From NCBI GenBank assembly GCA_040954595.2, contig JBECUI020000051.1, forward strand, positions 1 through 60,918: 60,918 nt of DNA, in the 5' to 3' direction. Positions 12,601-19,531 of the stretch are shown here, piece after piece (positions within the stretch are counted from its first letter, which is position 1; each line of letters begins with the position of its first letter). A model generated the notes under the pieces. It saw only the letters and a program-made list of their open reading frames with translations. It searched no databases and had not been told where the DNA came from. The DNA comes from Balanoglossus misakiensis. Its lineage: Eukaryota; Animalia; Hemichordata. The position numbers and the translations under genes were made by a program.

Positions 12601-12829
12601 CCTGTTCCCAAACAATATCATCACCAGATTTGAGAACAATTTTATATCCATCAGGACTTACCCCATCGGGAGCTCCCCAAGAGAGAAGAATGCTATTGTC
12701 AGCAATAAAAGATGCGGACAAATTTCGCACGGCATTAATTGGTGCCGTACCCCCAGTGCTCCCCCCACCACAAGATAAAAGCAAACCAACAATCAATATA
12801 GTTGTTGTAATCCATATACTTCTAAACAT
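3662..12829 (-). CDS. Giant (about 3055 aa) surface lipoprotein with FN3 and Ig-like (Big_2) repeats and a C-terminal right-handed beta-helix
   Basis: Likely start ATG 12829 behind AGGAGG. Signal peptide with lipobox LLSC-GGG. Many W..P...Y FN3 patterns, Big_2 patterns (WESVDPTVATVNADDGLVQAVAKGTTSITATS), repeated YNENSSPxLxNVxF beta-helix coils, terminal PDIGPYE. Confidence 0.85.
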   Translation of the reverse strand: MFRSIWITTTILIVGLLLSCGGGSTGGTAPINAVRNLSASFIADNSILLSWGAPDGVSPDGYKIVLKSGDDIVWEQDIAADDPNIVSTETEIRYTITTELLSNVEYSVELQAKAGNAMSAISTVLNLQTGAVGGGVSNIQAFERQPDSITLQWQAPAESVYKYIIKLTDESGNEIVKEVSAIEVVNQNGIIQYKADTLEEGRTYQVVITTWLDASGTLLSTPIETAYQIATLVREKVDVGMVTFTADFAAKEIILRWLAVSAGRNDQGITIPTRYRIYVSTDQPVVAEENLTETIEPSNEDSYELRVMQLANGTELEPETAYFIVIKAEAMDGEIVSSESLSRRMEGITTPASSAAPDAVDPLTIRKVMTEKEIKTLTIAWDRVGQGLDESGNFAPTSYVISYLPADPAPTEDEWNSAISQETDLPQITLSGLESVVSYQIRIQSKNKAVPTLTSTWTEPQSFLSNGVTSIIILPYRQSMENEEEQILEATISGENIVEDIRWTNDQPELAGIIDNGDRTATITAVGAGEVTITASSVADPAFTETATIIITLQEATQPGMPTDLTAAEAQTVQATDGSATVSIPISWTAPVDTGTITGGNAATISTYWFYWHEGETFHEETAGVPVEVSGASHTLTGLKGDASYSLAVSANNGLEGPKSTFVVRTPSLVRQVGTVVSPMVATTQTEISMSWSAVAPGRTATGAIQAVTGYEVYLSTTIGTSEEIAVEGNKRTEAITGSDNPAITMSGLGIGTSYYLVVKAMAENSFALSSVQTITTKEVIDQSTNPGSPTDIQKDATYTAINEIRIFWTEGSQGTDSAGNDVSSVFIVSYRKHGSTTWETMAATTNLYQTIRNLDGGEEYEFRVRAEWNTLYTSNWSSTGTFYSNGVASVTIDGEDPITLLKRSSQTLSATVIGSNIAETVRWESVDPTVATVNADDGLVQAVAKGTTSITATSTADPTQSDTITLTVTLPNIGGTLSYDTTSPAIYSDGKEYHPTLGAGSPSDSLIYSIDATKNGVQVSGFQVNNLGVLQVLPTADAGSYAARIEARNADEYEGELLWQGTVTVTPKNIDIYNMIYTLLSVRFNRTTDIPVNTNIPIPVEYRITDRAGNAPSADISIDDNGTIRVGSTVPEGSHELQVTATVPADNTNFRGQKIVDIEITVVAETITGSLSYTIDQMPQYGVEHRYNPVFGAGSPPTNELIFAVEVILGGANVTEGFLVTTEGILTVGNNVPAGSYTVIVTATHPTYSGNLRWQETLVIFPLDRSTAPSAPIFIESIATLSDVTLQWQVLTSGSDVNGNPAIITSYTIYVKNSTGAPPHLPPELIESNKLAEITTDLDNPHYTMPHPVYNGQTYLVTATNNVGLTSEASEPQTLYTTYTAAGINIYKESGNMEFGQLKINWSEPEYPGRNVFGEHVAARYTLHYSRGGGRTVNYGDVHTRPVTLTGLVAGAIYTIEVKSYNDPPTTISHGFDSYSTRKELRSNGIASFTLQADIPNAPDGGIDVTDGQFTMYEGSTQSFTALLQVDSAPDGVTWTVSPNDGRVTLNSNTDHTVIASANVQASALLTATAGDGTSKTITITVEPASTAPGAPTNLQNVQEEFIDDNGVLSVTLKLQWTAPIKSGAYEGSPSYDLNYVVYWADGSMEVSGTTHASIPNLRYNTNYTFTVRATNGILGAQSAPLTVQTPVYPTSEPVIVDQFYLSWPNANDIDISVRNHNPGGVDQYGLPYPFTLDAYYSTSLDSAYSITAADLVSSGTALTTIDTRTKRANMASYNGFFHFVFRSANNGGATTLGPVVKLEGPFPVLRLTKNAGSIAPYVDAESVRNAAQISFGNALQTEGESPSFQTGQPLTLLVYEMRYRTSDGGTVGPWSEIIRLSDSNVIDSLPWEGGIDYHVQMRVLAPDTSTPGIEITSVSQWLSVDPVFMGSKVSIDVPTNITMGENWERIITVNEVDDWLEHDFTQDGGATPLESSIQYSSSDENVAKITPIPGSNQGKIETFQAGHAELTISFHNNGNGTYQPIVTTKTINVEVRSDYVFSYSIPDRMEVMTGYVLSPTLAPTPPADIQYRLEPTNPDIIIDEHGVITIEDTLIAGDYLLNVYATGTNYYASSSVTVIIVPYDISPTRPTYYDEWQYAGNDDNGIRQEAYRSTGQTALTYSYRGIFLQGSTPEWRLAKIGDLTISLTPITVYPSDSITVSTDPSTWGDLHISAADLTPGIHEFFLTITGGGAYFSGSISSRYKFTKYRTPDQIGEKPVVAISGEQEFTLNWDATFDGYDLITDYEVAYSIDRATWNNISSTPDAQGISGTRSDRVMVVRGLTLGVQYSFSVAARNAAGVSVASPASNAIKASWVPKSDARVNVVSGSDSITVAFDPPSANHASIQHYKILYGTMQPPTTVFNPDENGYTILPPIGSDPNYPYNVVFTSEHIQQERIYYFSVLAVNMHGAGAPSTPMPGIMGTREFPAAATDLQFSNITYSGWTVSFSHSGRYGTNAFGNQAGFEQYRVEYGTSRENLTETRIITDVTTKQYTVDGLLQNTQYYLRVVVRNDDLLEVASAIMEVRTQPFRAYVLKSVVGESNGESWDTAFTNIQDGIDAAAAVGGGEVWVSGNHQVSTATGGSIQLRNNVQVYGGLERGAQTLEGRTESEIILVTAGHAFYNTDLDATAVLDGFEITGQQFQSVTPDKGAGMYNLNASPTIRNVLFYTLAARYRGAGMYNENSSPLLENVDFEANILRGNAGGEYENRKGVAIYNENSSPILRNVQFKHSRDYTFGVMYNKDSSPVLENVLFWSNTGYEVSAMYNENSNPILIDTVFTVNNVDTTTGFSPASRSAIYNENSSPIFINILITGTRSEDFFVFNAQDSFSTIINGLLLEEDADRPNAAGKYLIYNTDSSGVSLVNSVFLQRPLFHGSGMFGGVFQYTHSYLTEIYNSEGTISGIDLGNNVTLMPTFQFGNSNWDLSAFMARGLDDVWKTADDGYHPASDSSLVDQGLYIAIAADYSTIYYSADQLIWYTDVANPETSTTVLPADAIERKSITGNAIQGMPDIGPYEQQY

Positions 12830-13070
12830 ACATCCTCCTGTCATTAGAAAAAACCAAAATACAAGATATATTATAATACAAAAAGGAAAAAAAACAAGCA
12901 AAATAATAATGTTTTTGTTTTTATCTCAGTAAACTGCTGCAAAGATATAAATACAAATGAAATATAAATAAAATTATAAATCACACTTTCCAGAGGGGCA
13001 TCCTGCTTTTTTTATTATCTTTTCCGTGCAGAACCTCATTCATATATATATAAATTTTTGTATATAACTC

Positions 13071-13960
13071 CGCCGTCCATAGGTGTTATTCAAGTCAAGT
13101 TTTTTGGTGTGTGTTCCCCCCATCCACAATTTTGGGGGTGCTGCGCCATCCACAACCCCCACCCATTCAGGGGTGGTATTAGAATTACTGCAAAATCCGT
13201 GCCTTTGCTTGAAGTTTGTGCGGTATTTTGATGTCTGTAAGGGCGTCTTCTCTCAATTTTTACTTAAAATTATACTTAAAATTTGTGTATAACATTTCCC
13301 ATCCACAACCCCCACCCTTCAGGGGTTCTTCGAGTCAAGTTTTTTTGTGGGTTCCCCCCCATCCACAGCCCCCTCCCATCAGGGGCGGTATTAAGAACTA
13401 CCGCAAAAAGTGGCTGTTTGATTGAGGTTTGTGCGGGGGGATTGATGGCAGTAGGGTGGGTTCTTTTAATTTTTACTTAAATTTATACTTAAAATTTTAG
13501 TATAAGTTTTCCCATCCACAATTTTTGGGAGTGCTGCGCCATCCACAGCCCCCACCCATCAGGGGTGGTATTAGAATTACTGCAAAAAGTGACTGTTTGA
13601 TTGAGGTTTGAGCGAGGGGATTGATCTTGTAGGGTGGGTTCTTTTAATTTTTACTTAAATTTATACTTAAAATTTTAGTATAAGTTTTTCCATCCACAGC
13701 CCCCACCCTTCAGGGGTGGTATTAGAATTACTGCAAAATCGGTGCATTTGATTGAGCCTTTGCCCCGCCGGCACACAAAAATTGCCATGCACTCTTGCTA
13801 AACTACTACACAAATGTTAAGTAGTTTTTTGTATAAGAATCGCCGTCCACAGGTGTTATTCAAGTCAAGTTTTTTGGTGTGTGTTCCCCCCATCCACAGC
13901 CCCCACCCATCAGGGGCGGTATTAAGAACTACCACAAAAAGTGGCTGTTTGATTGAGGTT
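13071..13960. repeat. Mosaic array of six structured repeat units (core CCATCCACA-RCCCC-CACCCWTCA-GGGGY-GGTA...TACY-G-CAAA-N9-TTTG)
   Basis: Cores start at 13146, 13299, 13359, 13539, 13690 and 13890 (the 13299 unit has only the first hairpin). Other repeated modules: 13071-13128 matches 13841-13898; 13120-13145 resembles 13512-13538; AT-rich AATTTTTACTTAAA-TATACTTAAAATTT-GTATAA at about 13255, 13468 and 13646. Confidence 0.9.
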
Positions 13961-14060
13961 TATGGAAGGGACCACGCAATAATGAAGCAAAAGTGATACT
14001 TTTCTGTATATAGTAGTAATAGACAATAGTATTATTTTACAATAATATAAGTAGATCAAG

Positions 14061-14705
14061 ATGAAAACCGTACCAACCATAGAAGAATTACAGAAACTCT
14101 CATCAGACAATTTTCAGCAAATTGCAGAACTTCGGAAAACCATTGCTGAAGACAGGAAACTCGCTGCCGAAGAAGACAGAAAGTTGCGGGAACGAGCCGA
14201 TGAAGAAGACAGAAAGCTGCGGGAAGGAATGGAAGAACTTAAAAAAATAATTGCACAAACAGACAAGCAAATAGCCGAAACACACAAACAATTAGCAGAC
14301 ATTGGCCTCGTACAGGGTGAAGTAGCAGTCGATCTCTATCGGAGAAACGTACGAGCCTTATTAGAGCAAATACAAATTAAGGACACAGATATTGTTCTTC
14401 ACATGAAATGTGATAATGTCGTAGAATACGATATCGTTGCAATCAATGGGCAGGTAGTTGTCGTCTTCGAGATAAAGAACAAGATGAAACTTGATTATAT
14501 AAATAAATTTTGCACGAAACAACTGCCCCTGTTTAAGACAACATTTCCGAAATATCAGAAGCACAAAATATACGGCGGTATCGGAGCCCTCGTTGTGCCT
14601 AAACATCTGGAGGAAGCAGCACATAAGCAGGGTCTTTTTGTGCTTACGCAGGGCAAAGACGGCAATGCCGAGTTGCATGCTCCCCAAAAACTGCTTGAGT
14701 TGTAG
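14061..14705 (+). CDS. Coiled-coil + PD-(D/E)XK nuclease-fold protein (DUF3782-like), copy 1
   Basis: N-terminal EEDRKLRERAD repeats; C-terminal VEYDIVAINGQVVVVFEIK (E-x-D...E-x-K) and A..QGLFVL pattern. Confidence 0.75.
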   Translation: MKTVPTIEELQKLSSDNFQQIAELRKTIAEDRKLAAEEDRKLRERADEEDRKLREGMEELKKIIAQTDKQIAETHKQLADIGLVQGEVAVDLYRRNVRALLEQIQIKDTDIVLHMKCDNVVEYDIVAINGQVVVVFEIKNKMKLDYINKFCTKQLPLFKTTFPKYQKHKIYGGIGALVVPKHLEEAAHKQGLFVLTQGKDGNAELHAPQKLLEL

Positions 14706-14714
14706 GGTTCTTAC

Positions 14715-14780
14715 AAAGCCCCACCCTTTAAGGACTGCCACAAAGGTACTACTGCAAAAAGTGACTGTTTGATTGAGCTT
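14715..14780. repeat. Degenerate 7th copy of the hairpin repeat, between the two PD-(D/E)XK genes
   Basis: AAAGCCCCACCCTTTAAGGACT...TACTGCAAAAAGTGACTGTTTGATTGAG. Confidence 0.8.
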
Positions 14781-14880
14781 TATGGTAGAGACCACGCAAT
14801 AATGAAGCAAAAGTGATACTTTTCTGTATATAGTAGTAATAGACAATAGTATTATTTTACAATAATATAAGTAGGTCAAG

Positions 14881-15567
14881 ATGAAAACCGTACCAACCAT
14901 AGAAGAATTACAGAAACTCTCATCAGACAATTTTCAGCAAATTGCAGAACTTCGGAAAAGCATTGCTGAAGACAGGAAACTGCGGGAACGAGCTAATGAA
15001 GAAGACAGGAAACTGCGGGAACGAGCTGATGAAGAAGACAGAAAGTTGCGGGAACGAGCCGATGAAGAAGACAGAAAGCTGCGGGAAGGAATGGAAGAAC
15101 TTAAAAAAATAATTGCACAAACAGACAAGCAAATAGCCGAAACACACAAACAATTAGCAGACATTGGCCTCGTACAGGGTGAGGTAGCAATCGATCTCTA
15201 TCGGAGAAACGTACGAGCCTTATTAGAGCAAATACAAATTAAGGATACAGATATTGTTCTTCACATGAAATGTGATAATGTCGTTGAATACGATATAGTT
15301 GCAATCAATGGGCAGGTAGTTGTCGTCTTCGAGATAAAGAACAAGATGAAACTTGATTATATAAATAAGTTTTGCACGAAACAACTGCCCCTGTTTAAGA
15401 CAACATTTCCGAAATATCAGAAGCACAAAATATACGGCGGTATCGGAGCCCTCGTTGTGCCTAAACATCTGGAGGAAGCAGCACATAAGCAGGGTCTTTT
15501 TGTGCTTACGCAGGGCAAAGACGGCAATGCCGAGTTGCATGCTCCCCAAAAACTGCTTGAGTTGTAG
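14881..15567 (+). CDS. Coiled-coil + PD-(D/E)XK nuclease-fold protein (DUF3782-like), copy 2
   Basis: Near-identical to 14061-14705 at an 820 bp offset; 14 aa longer because of extra 33-bp repeats at 14968-15066. Confidence 0.75.
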   Translation: MKTVPTIEELQKLSSDNFQQIAELRKSIAEDRKLRERANEEDRKLRERADEEDRKLRERADEEDRKLREGMEELKKIIAQTDKQIAETHKQLADIGLVQGEVAIDLYRRNVRALLEQIQIKDTDIVLHMKCDNVVEYDIVAINGQVVVVFEIKNKMKLDYINKFCTKQLPLFKTTFPKYQKHKIYGGIGALVVPKHLEEAAHKQGLFVLTQGKDGNAELHAPQKLLEL

Positions 15568-15576
15568 GGTTCTTAC

Positions 15577-15680
15577 AAAGCCCCACCCATCAGGGCTGGT
15601 ATCAAGAATTACTGTGAAAAGTGACTGTTTTCTTGAATATATACACAAGGGGCGGAACTTTGCTTAATTTTTACTTACAT
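15577..15680. repeat. 8th copy of the hairpin repeat plus a partial AT-rich module
   Basis: AGCCC-CACCCATCA-GGGCT-GGTATCAAGAATTACTGT-GAAAA-GTGACTG-TTTTC, then TTAATTTTTACTTA. Confidence 0.8.
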
Positions 15681-15901
15681 TCTCGGATTAAGCATCGGAA
15701 AAGGTGGACGCGCACAGCTTTTGGAGCTGTATCATCACTAGAAAAATGAACAAAGCCACAAAAGACACCCCGTTTTTTCCGAGGACTTGATAAAAATCAT
15801 ATTCTCAAAATGTTTATATCGCAATGTGTAACGCTTTAGTATACAAAAAACAAAAAAGTCAAGAAAAAATTCTTTTTAAGGTTATTTTCTCTACTTAGAA
15901 C

Positions 15902-15930
15902 TTGACAACATCAAATTTTTCCTGTATTCT
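15902..15930 (+). promoter_or_regulatory. Sigma70-type promoter of the amino-acid ABC operon
   Basis: TTGACA-17 bp-TATTCT, with AGGAG RBS at 15941. Confidence 0.65.
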
Positions 15931-15950
15931 TTAGTGAAAAAGGAGATTTA

Positions 15951-16751
15951 ATGTACAAAAATATTATTATATTTATCTTAATTTTGTTTACATCATTTGT
16001 TTATGCTGCCCCAACGGGGGAACAAGCAAGCAAGAACATTTTTATTGTAGGAATGGAACTGGAATATCCTCCATTCGAAACAATTAACGACAATGGAGAC
16101 CCGGACGGGGCAAGCGTTATGATTGCCCGTGAGCTAGGGAAACATCTGGGGCTAGAGGTGGAAATTCAAAACATCTCGTATCCCGGTCTTATACCCGCAC
16201 TTACATCCGGAAAAATAGACGCTATCATTTCCTCTATGACCATTAATGAAGAACGGGCAAAGAAAGTTGACTTTTCCGTTCCTTATACCAACTCGCCTCT
16301 GGTGCTTTTGGTAGCAAAAAATTCGCCGGTACAGTCACAAGACGATCTAAACAATGCAAACGTTATTGTTGCAGCAAAGACAGGCACAATTGGGGCTCTT
16401 TGGGCTGCTAAACATGCACCTTTGGCAACAATAAAGACCTTTGACAAAGAAAGCGTTGTGGTTCTTGATGTCGCACAGGGCAATTCGGACGTATTTATTT
16501 ATGATCCACTTGCTATTGCACGACACCACGAAAATTACCCTGATACAACCAGAACAATAATGGAACCGCTCAAGGGAGCCGCAGGTTGGGGCATTGCTAT
16601 TGCAAAGAATCAAGCTGAATTATTGAATCAAATAAATGTATTTATTACCCAATCAAAAACCGACGGAACATTTGACGCAATAAGAAACAAGTATCTCAAA
16701 GATAAGGCAGAGGAGTTTGAGGCAAAGACCGGCATGAAATTTTTCTTCTAG
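15951..16751 (+). CDS. Polar amino-acid ABC transporter substrate-binding protein
   Basis: Signal peptide, YPPFE, LIPALTSGKIDAIISSMTINEERAKKVDFSVPY. Confidence 0.92.
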   Translation: MYKNIIIFILILFTSFVYAAPTGEQASKNIFIVGMELEYPPFETINDNGDPDGASVMIARELGKHLGLEVEIQNISYPGLIPALTSGKIDAIISSMTINEERAKKVDFSVPYTNSPLVLLVAKNSPVQSQDDLNNANVIVAAKTGTIGALWAAKHAPLATIKTFDKESVVVLDVAQGNSDVFIYDPLAIARHHENYPDTTRTIMEPLKGAAGWGIAIAKNQAELLNQINVFITQSKTDGTFDAIRNKYLKDKAEEFEAKTGMKFFF

Positions 16752-16765
16752 TACAATAGCTATAC

Positions 16766-17719
16766 ATGATTATACTCAATAAAGTAGTATACTCAATTCA
16801 TTGGGTTATTGTTGTAGTAATAGGAAGTATCCTACAGCATTTAGAGACTGTAGGATACTTTTTTATGGCGATGATTTTTGTTGTTTTTGCGTATACAGTA
16901 ATCAAAACAAAAATCCCTCTGAAACATTACAAACATATACTCCACGCTCTGTTCAAACAGTCATCCGTCTACTCGTATGTTATCGGTGGGAGTATTGCAA
17001 TATTATTTTTTGGAATACTCCTAAGACGGATTGATGCAGTTTCTGCAGCAGCAGGATACATATTTGATTGGAATATCTTGCTGGAGAACCGAACTGTACA
17101 GTTAATTAGTCAGGGCTTTTATAATACGCTGATTATTAGCTTTATCTCACTGCTCTGTAGTGTCCTTGTTGGGCTCATTATTTCAATAGTTAAAAGATCA
17201 AAACTAATACCATTCAGGTACATAGCTAATGCTTATGTCGAATTTATCATTGGAACCCCTCTGATTGTGCAAGTAATTTTGTTTTACTACTTTCTTGCAC
17301 CGACCATTGGTCTTCAGTCGAACTTTGAAGTAGGTATTGCGATCCTTTCTGTATTTTTTGGTGCCTATGTATCAGAGATATTTCGGGGAGGGGTTGAGAG
17401 CATTGATACAATACAATGGGAAACAGCAGAAAGCTTGGGATTCACAAAACCGCAGAAGTATATATACGTTATTATTCCACAAGTTATACGAACAATTTTG
17501 CCTTCTCTGGCAGGACAGTTTGCATTAGTAGTAAAAGGATCAGCACTACTGTCTTTAGTTGGTATTGCAGAAATTACCAAGCGCTATCAAGAGTTGGATG
17601 CAATTGCATTTGCACCAGCAGAACTCTACACCGCCCTTGCTGTTTCCTATCTTTGTATTACGATTCCGATTTCACTTATTACCAAACGAGTTGAGAAGAA
17701 ATTTAGTTTGGTAGAGTAA
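16766..17719 (+). CDS. Polar amino-acid ABC transporter permease
   Basis: GTPLIVQ and AYVSEIFRGG..SI..QWETAESLG (EAA loop). Confidence 0.92.
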   Translation: MIILNKVVYSIHWVIVVVIGSILQHLETVGYFFMAMIFVVFAYTVIKTKIPLKHYKHILHALFKQSSVYSYVIGGSIAILFFGILLRRIDAVSAAAGYIFDWNILLENRTVQLISQGFYNTLIISFISLLCSVLVGLIISIVKRSKLIPFRYIANAYVEFIIGTPLIVQVILFYYFLAPTIGLQSNFEVGIAILSVFFGAYVSEIFRGGVESIDTIQWETAESLGFTKPQKYIYVIIPQVIRTILPSLAGQFALVVKGSALLSLVGIAEITKRYQELDAIAFAPAELYTALAVSYLCITIPISLITKRVEKKFSLVE

Positions 17720-17722
17720 TAT

Positions 17723-18463
17723 ATGAATCTTATATTAGAAAATTTATCCAAGTCATTTGGTTCTCAAAAGGTACTAGACAATATCAACCTTGAAGCACGT
17801 GACATTGGTTCAATCGGCATTATTGGGCCAAGTGGCGGGGGTAAATCAACCCTCTTACGATTGATAGCCGCTTTAGAACAGATTGATACCGGGAAAATTC
17901 ACGTTAATTCCTACTTGCTTGACAACACATATCGTATTCCTAAAAATTTTAGAAAGAAAATAGCATTTGTGTTTCAAGCATACAGTTTGTTTCCCCATTT
18001 GACCGCAATTGAAAACATCACTTTAGTACTCAGAAAGGTACATCACATTCATAAAGACGAAGCAATAGCAAATACAGATACATTACTACAGCGCTTTGAT
18101 TTATACGAACATAAAAACAAGAAGCCGTACCAACTCTCTGGTGGTCAGCAACAACGTATTGCAATCGTACGAGCACTTGCTATTGATGCCGATCTTCTGT
18201 TGTTTGATGAACCAACATCCGCTCTTGATCCGATCTTAACAGCCGAAGTGTTAGAGATGGTAGAACAAATTAAAAAGAAAGAGGGCAAGGATTTTATTAT
18301 TGTAACACACCATATGGGATTTGCAGGTCAGGTATCAGACTATCTTCTGTACATTGACAATCAAAGAATTATTGAACACGGAAATCCACAGAGCCTTTTT
18401 CATAACCCGCAGACCCCGGAACTACAGTACTTCCTGAGTAAAACACTTGAATGGAGCATTTAG
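17723..18463 (+). CDS. Polar amino-acid ABC transporter ATPase
   Basis: GPSGGGKST, LSGGQQQR, FDEPTSALDP. Confidence 0.93.
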   Translation: MNLILENLSKSFGSQKVLDNINLEARDIGSIGIIGPSGGGKSTLLRLIAALEQIDTGKIHVNSYLLDNTYRIPKNFRKKIAFVFQAYSLFPHLTAIENITLVLRKVHHIHKDEAIANTDTLLQRFDLYEHKNKKPYQLSGGQQQRIAIVRALAIDADLLLFDEPTSALDPILTAEVLEMVEQIKKKEGKDFIIVTHHMGFAGQVSDYLLYIDNQRIIEHGNPQSLFHNPQTPELQYFLSKTLEWSI

Positions 18464-19407
18464 TGCTCGGAGCTTTTTGCAAAAATATGCTCTATTTCCG
18501 CTTCGCTTGGCGGTTGACAGCCCTGGCGAGAACAGTTTATACCTGCAGCAATAGACGCCCAGTGTAATGCCTGTGCAAAGGCATCTCTATGCAAAGATGT
18601 GAGTGCATCTTGCGTCCACAATCCATGCTTCAGAAAATACGAAATTAATGACCCATGAAAGGTATCACCCGCACCGACTGTATCACATACATTCAACGAA
18701 GTATAGGAAGCAGCATTGACCATGAGCCCCGACTGGCTATATCCACGCACCCCTTCTTTTCCCATGGTGTATATGACAAGTGATACGCCACGTTCCAGAA
18801 ATAAATCGATGACCTTCTCCGGCTCGCTGTCGGGATAGAGCCACGCTACATCCTCGTTACTCATTCGTATCATGTTAATGAACGGAAGAATTTGAAAAAG
18901 CATCTCAACATAGTGCTCCCGATCCCCCATAAGAACAGGACGAATATTCGGATCAAAGGAAACTGGTACGCTTTTTCCTTCCCGCTGCAGAAATGGAATG
19001 ACACTATCCCGAAACGACTGAAATGCCATGGATATGGAACCAAAAACCAAACCACTTAAGCCAAGAGGCGTTGCCGCAGGGAAATGTTCAGGCTTGGGAT
19101 GGAGATCCGCACTATCATTTGTATAAAAGGCGTATTGCGGTTCTCCCTCTTTGTCGGTTCCGACAAATGCCAAGGTGCTAGGAGCATTGCTTCTATGAAT
19201 GTAACCCGTACTTACACCGTTAGTTTTTAGATGTGAACATATCATATCACCAAAAAAATCATTTGAAAAATGTCCGCCCATAGCAACGTTTTTATCTTGT
19301 TGTGCAAGGGTTATTGCAACGTTTAACGGTGAACCGCCAACCCGTGGGTCGTAACCCTTATCAGTCCGAATTAAATCAATAAGTCCTTCCCCTACTACAA
19401 AAATCAT
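18460..19407 (-). CDS. PfkB-family carbohydrate kinase (fructokinase-like)
   Basis: GGSPLNVA, FDPNIRP, DTVGAGDTF. Confidence 0.9.
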   Translation of the reverse strand: MIFVVGEGLIDLIRTDKGYDPRVGGSPLNVAITLAQQDKNVAMGGHFSNDFFGDMICSHLKTNGVSTGYIHRSNAPSTLAFVGTDKEGEPQYAFYTNDSADLHPKPEHFPAATPLGLSGLVFGSISMAFQSFRDSVIPFLQREGKSVPVSFDPNIRPVLMGDREHYVEMLFQILPFINMIRMSNEDVAWLYPDSEPEKVIDLFLERGVSLVIYTMGKEGVRGYSQSGLMVNAASYTSLNVCDTVGAGDTFHGSLISYFLKHGLWTQDALTSLHRDAFAQALHWASIAAGINCSRQGCQPPSEAEIEHIFAKSSEH

Positions 19408-19531
19408 TATTCCCTCCTTACCGGTTAATCATATTCAATATAACACTATTCAATAGTGCTCTTGTTCCTACAAGTAAATTATGCAATAATATGCTTGGTA
19501 TTGGTAGGGAGATTGTGTGTAAAATAAAATA

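Noticed and set aside
12830-12901. N-terminal extension of the giant ORF (and likewise 38209-38343 of the GH188-like ORF)
   Set aside because: Downstream ATGs fit better: 12829 has an RBS and signal peptide, and 38208 avoids overlap with dctM.
13255-13690. AT-rich module (TTTTTACTTAA) as further ROK operators
   Set aside because: Only a half-site matches, in very AT-rich sequence, and the promoter layout seen in the island is absent.
13071-13960. CRISPR array
   Set aside because: The period is irregular (153, 60, 180, 151, 200 bp), the intervening segments are homologous to each other rather than unique spacers, and no cas genes are present.
13083-14110. Short ORFs in the repeat region
   Set aside because: They are translations of the repeat modules in different frames, with no RBS or protein-like features.
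13935-15590. Tandem duplication as an assembly artefact
   Set aside because: The copies differ by mostly synonymous substitutions and in-frame repeat number, which is not the pattern of read error.
18460-19407. PfkB kinase as a sulfofructose kinase linked to the island
   Set aside because: It lies more than 12 kb outside the island, shows ordinary fructokinase-like motifs, and the transaldolase route needs no kinase.
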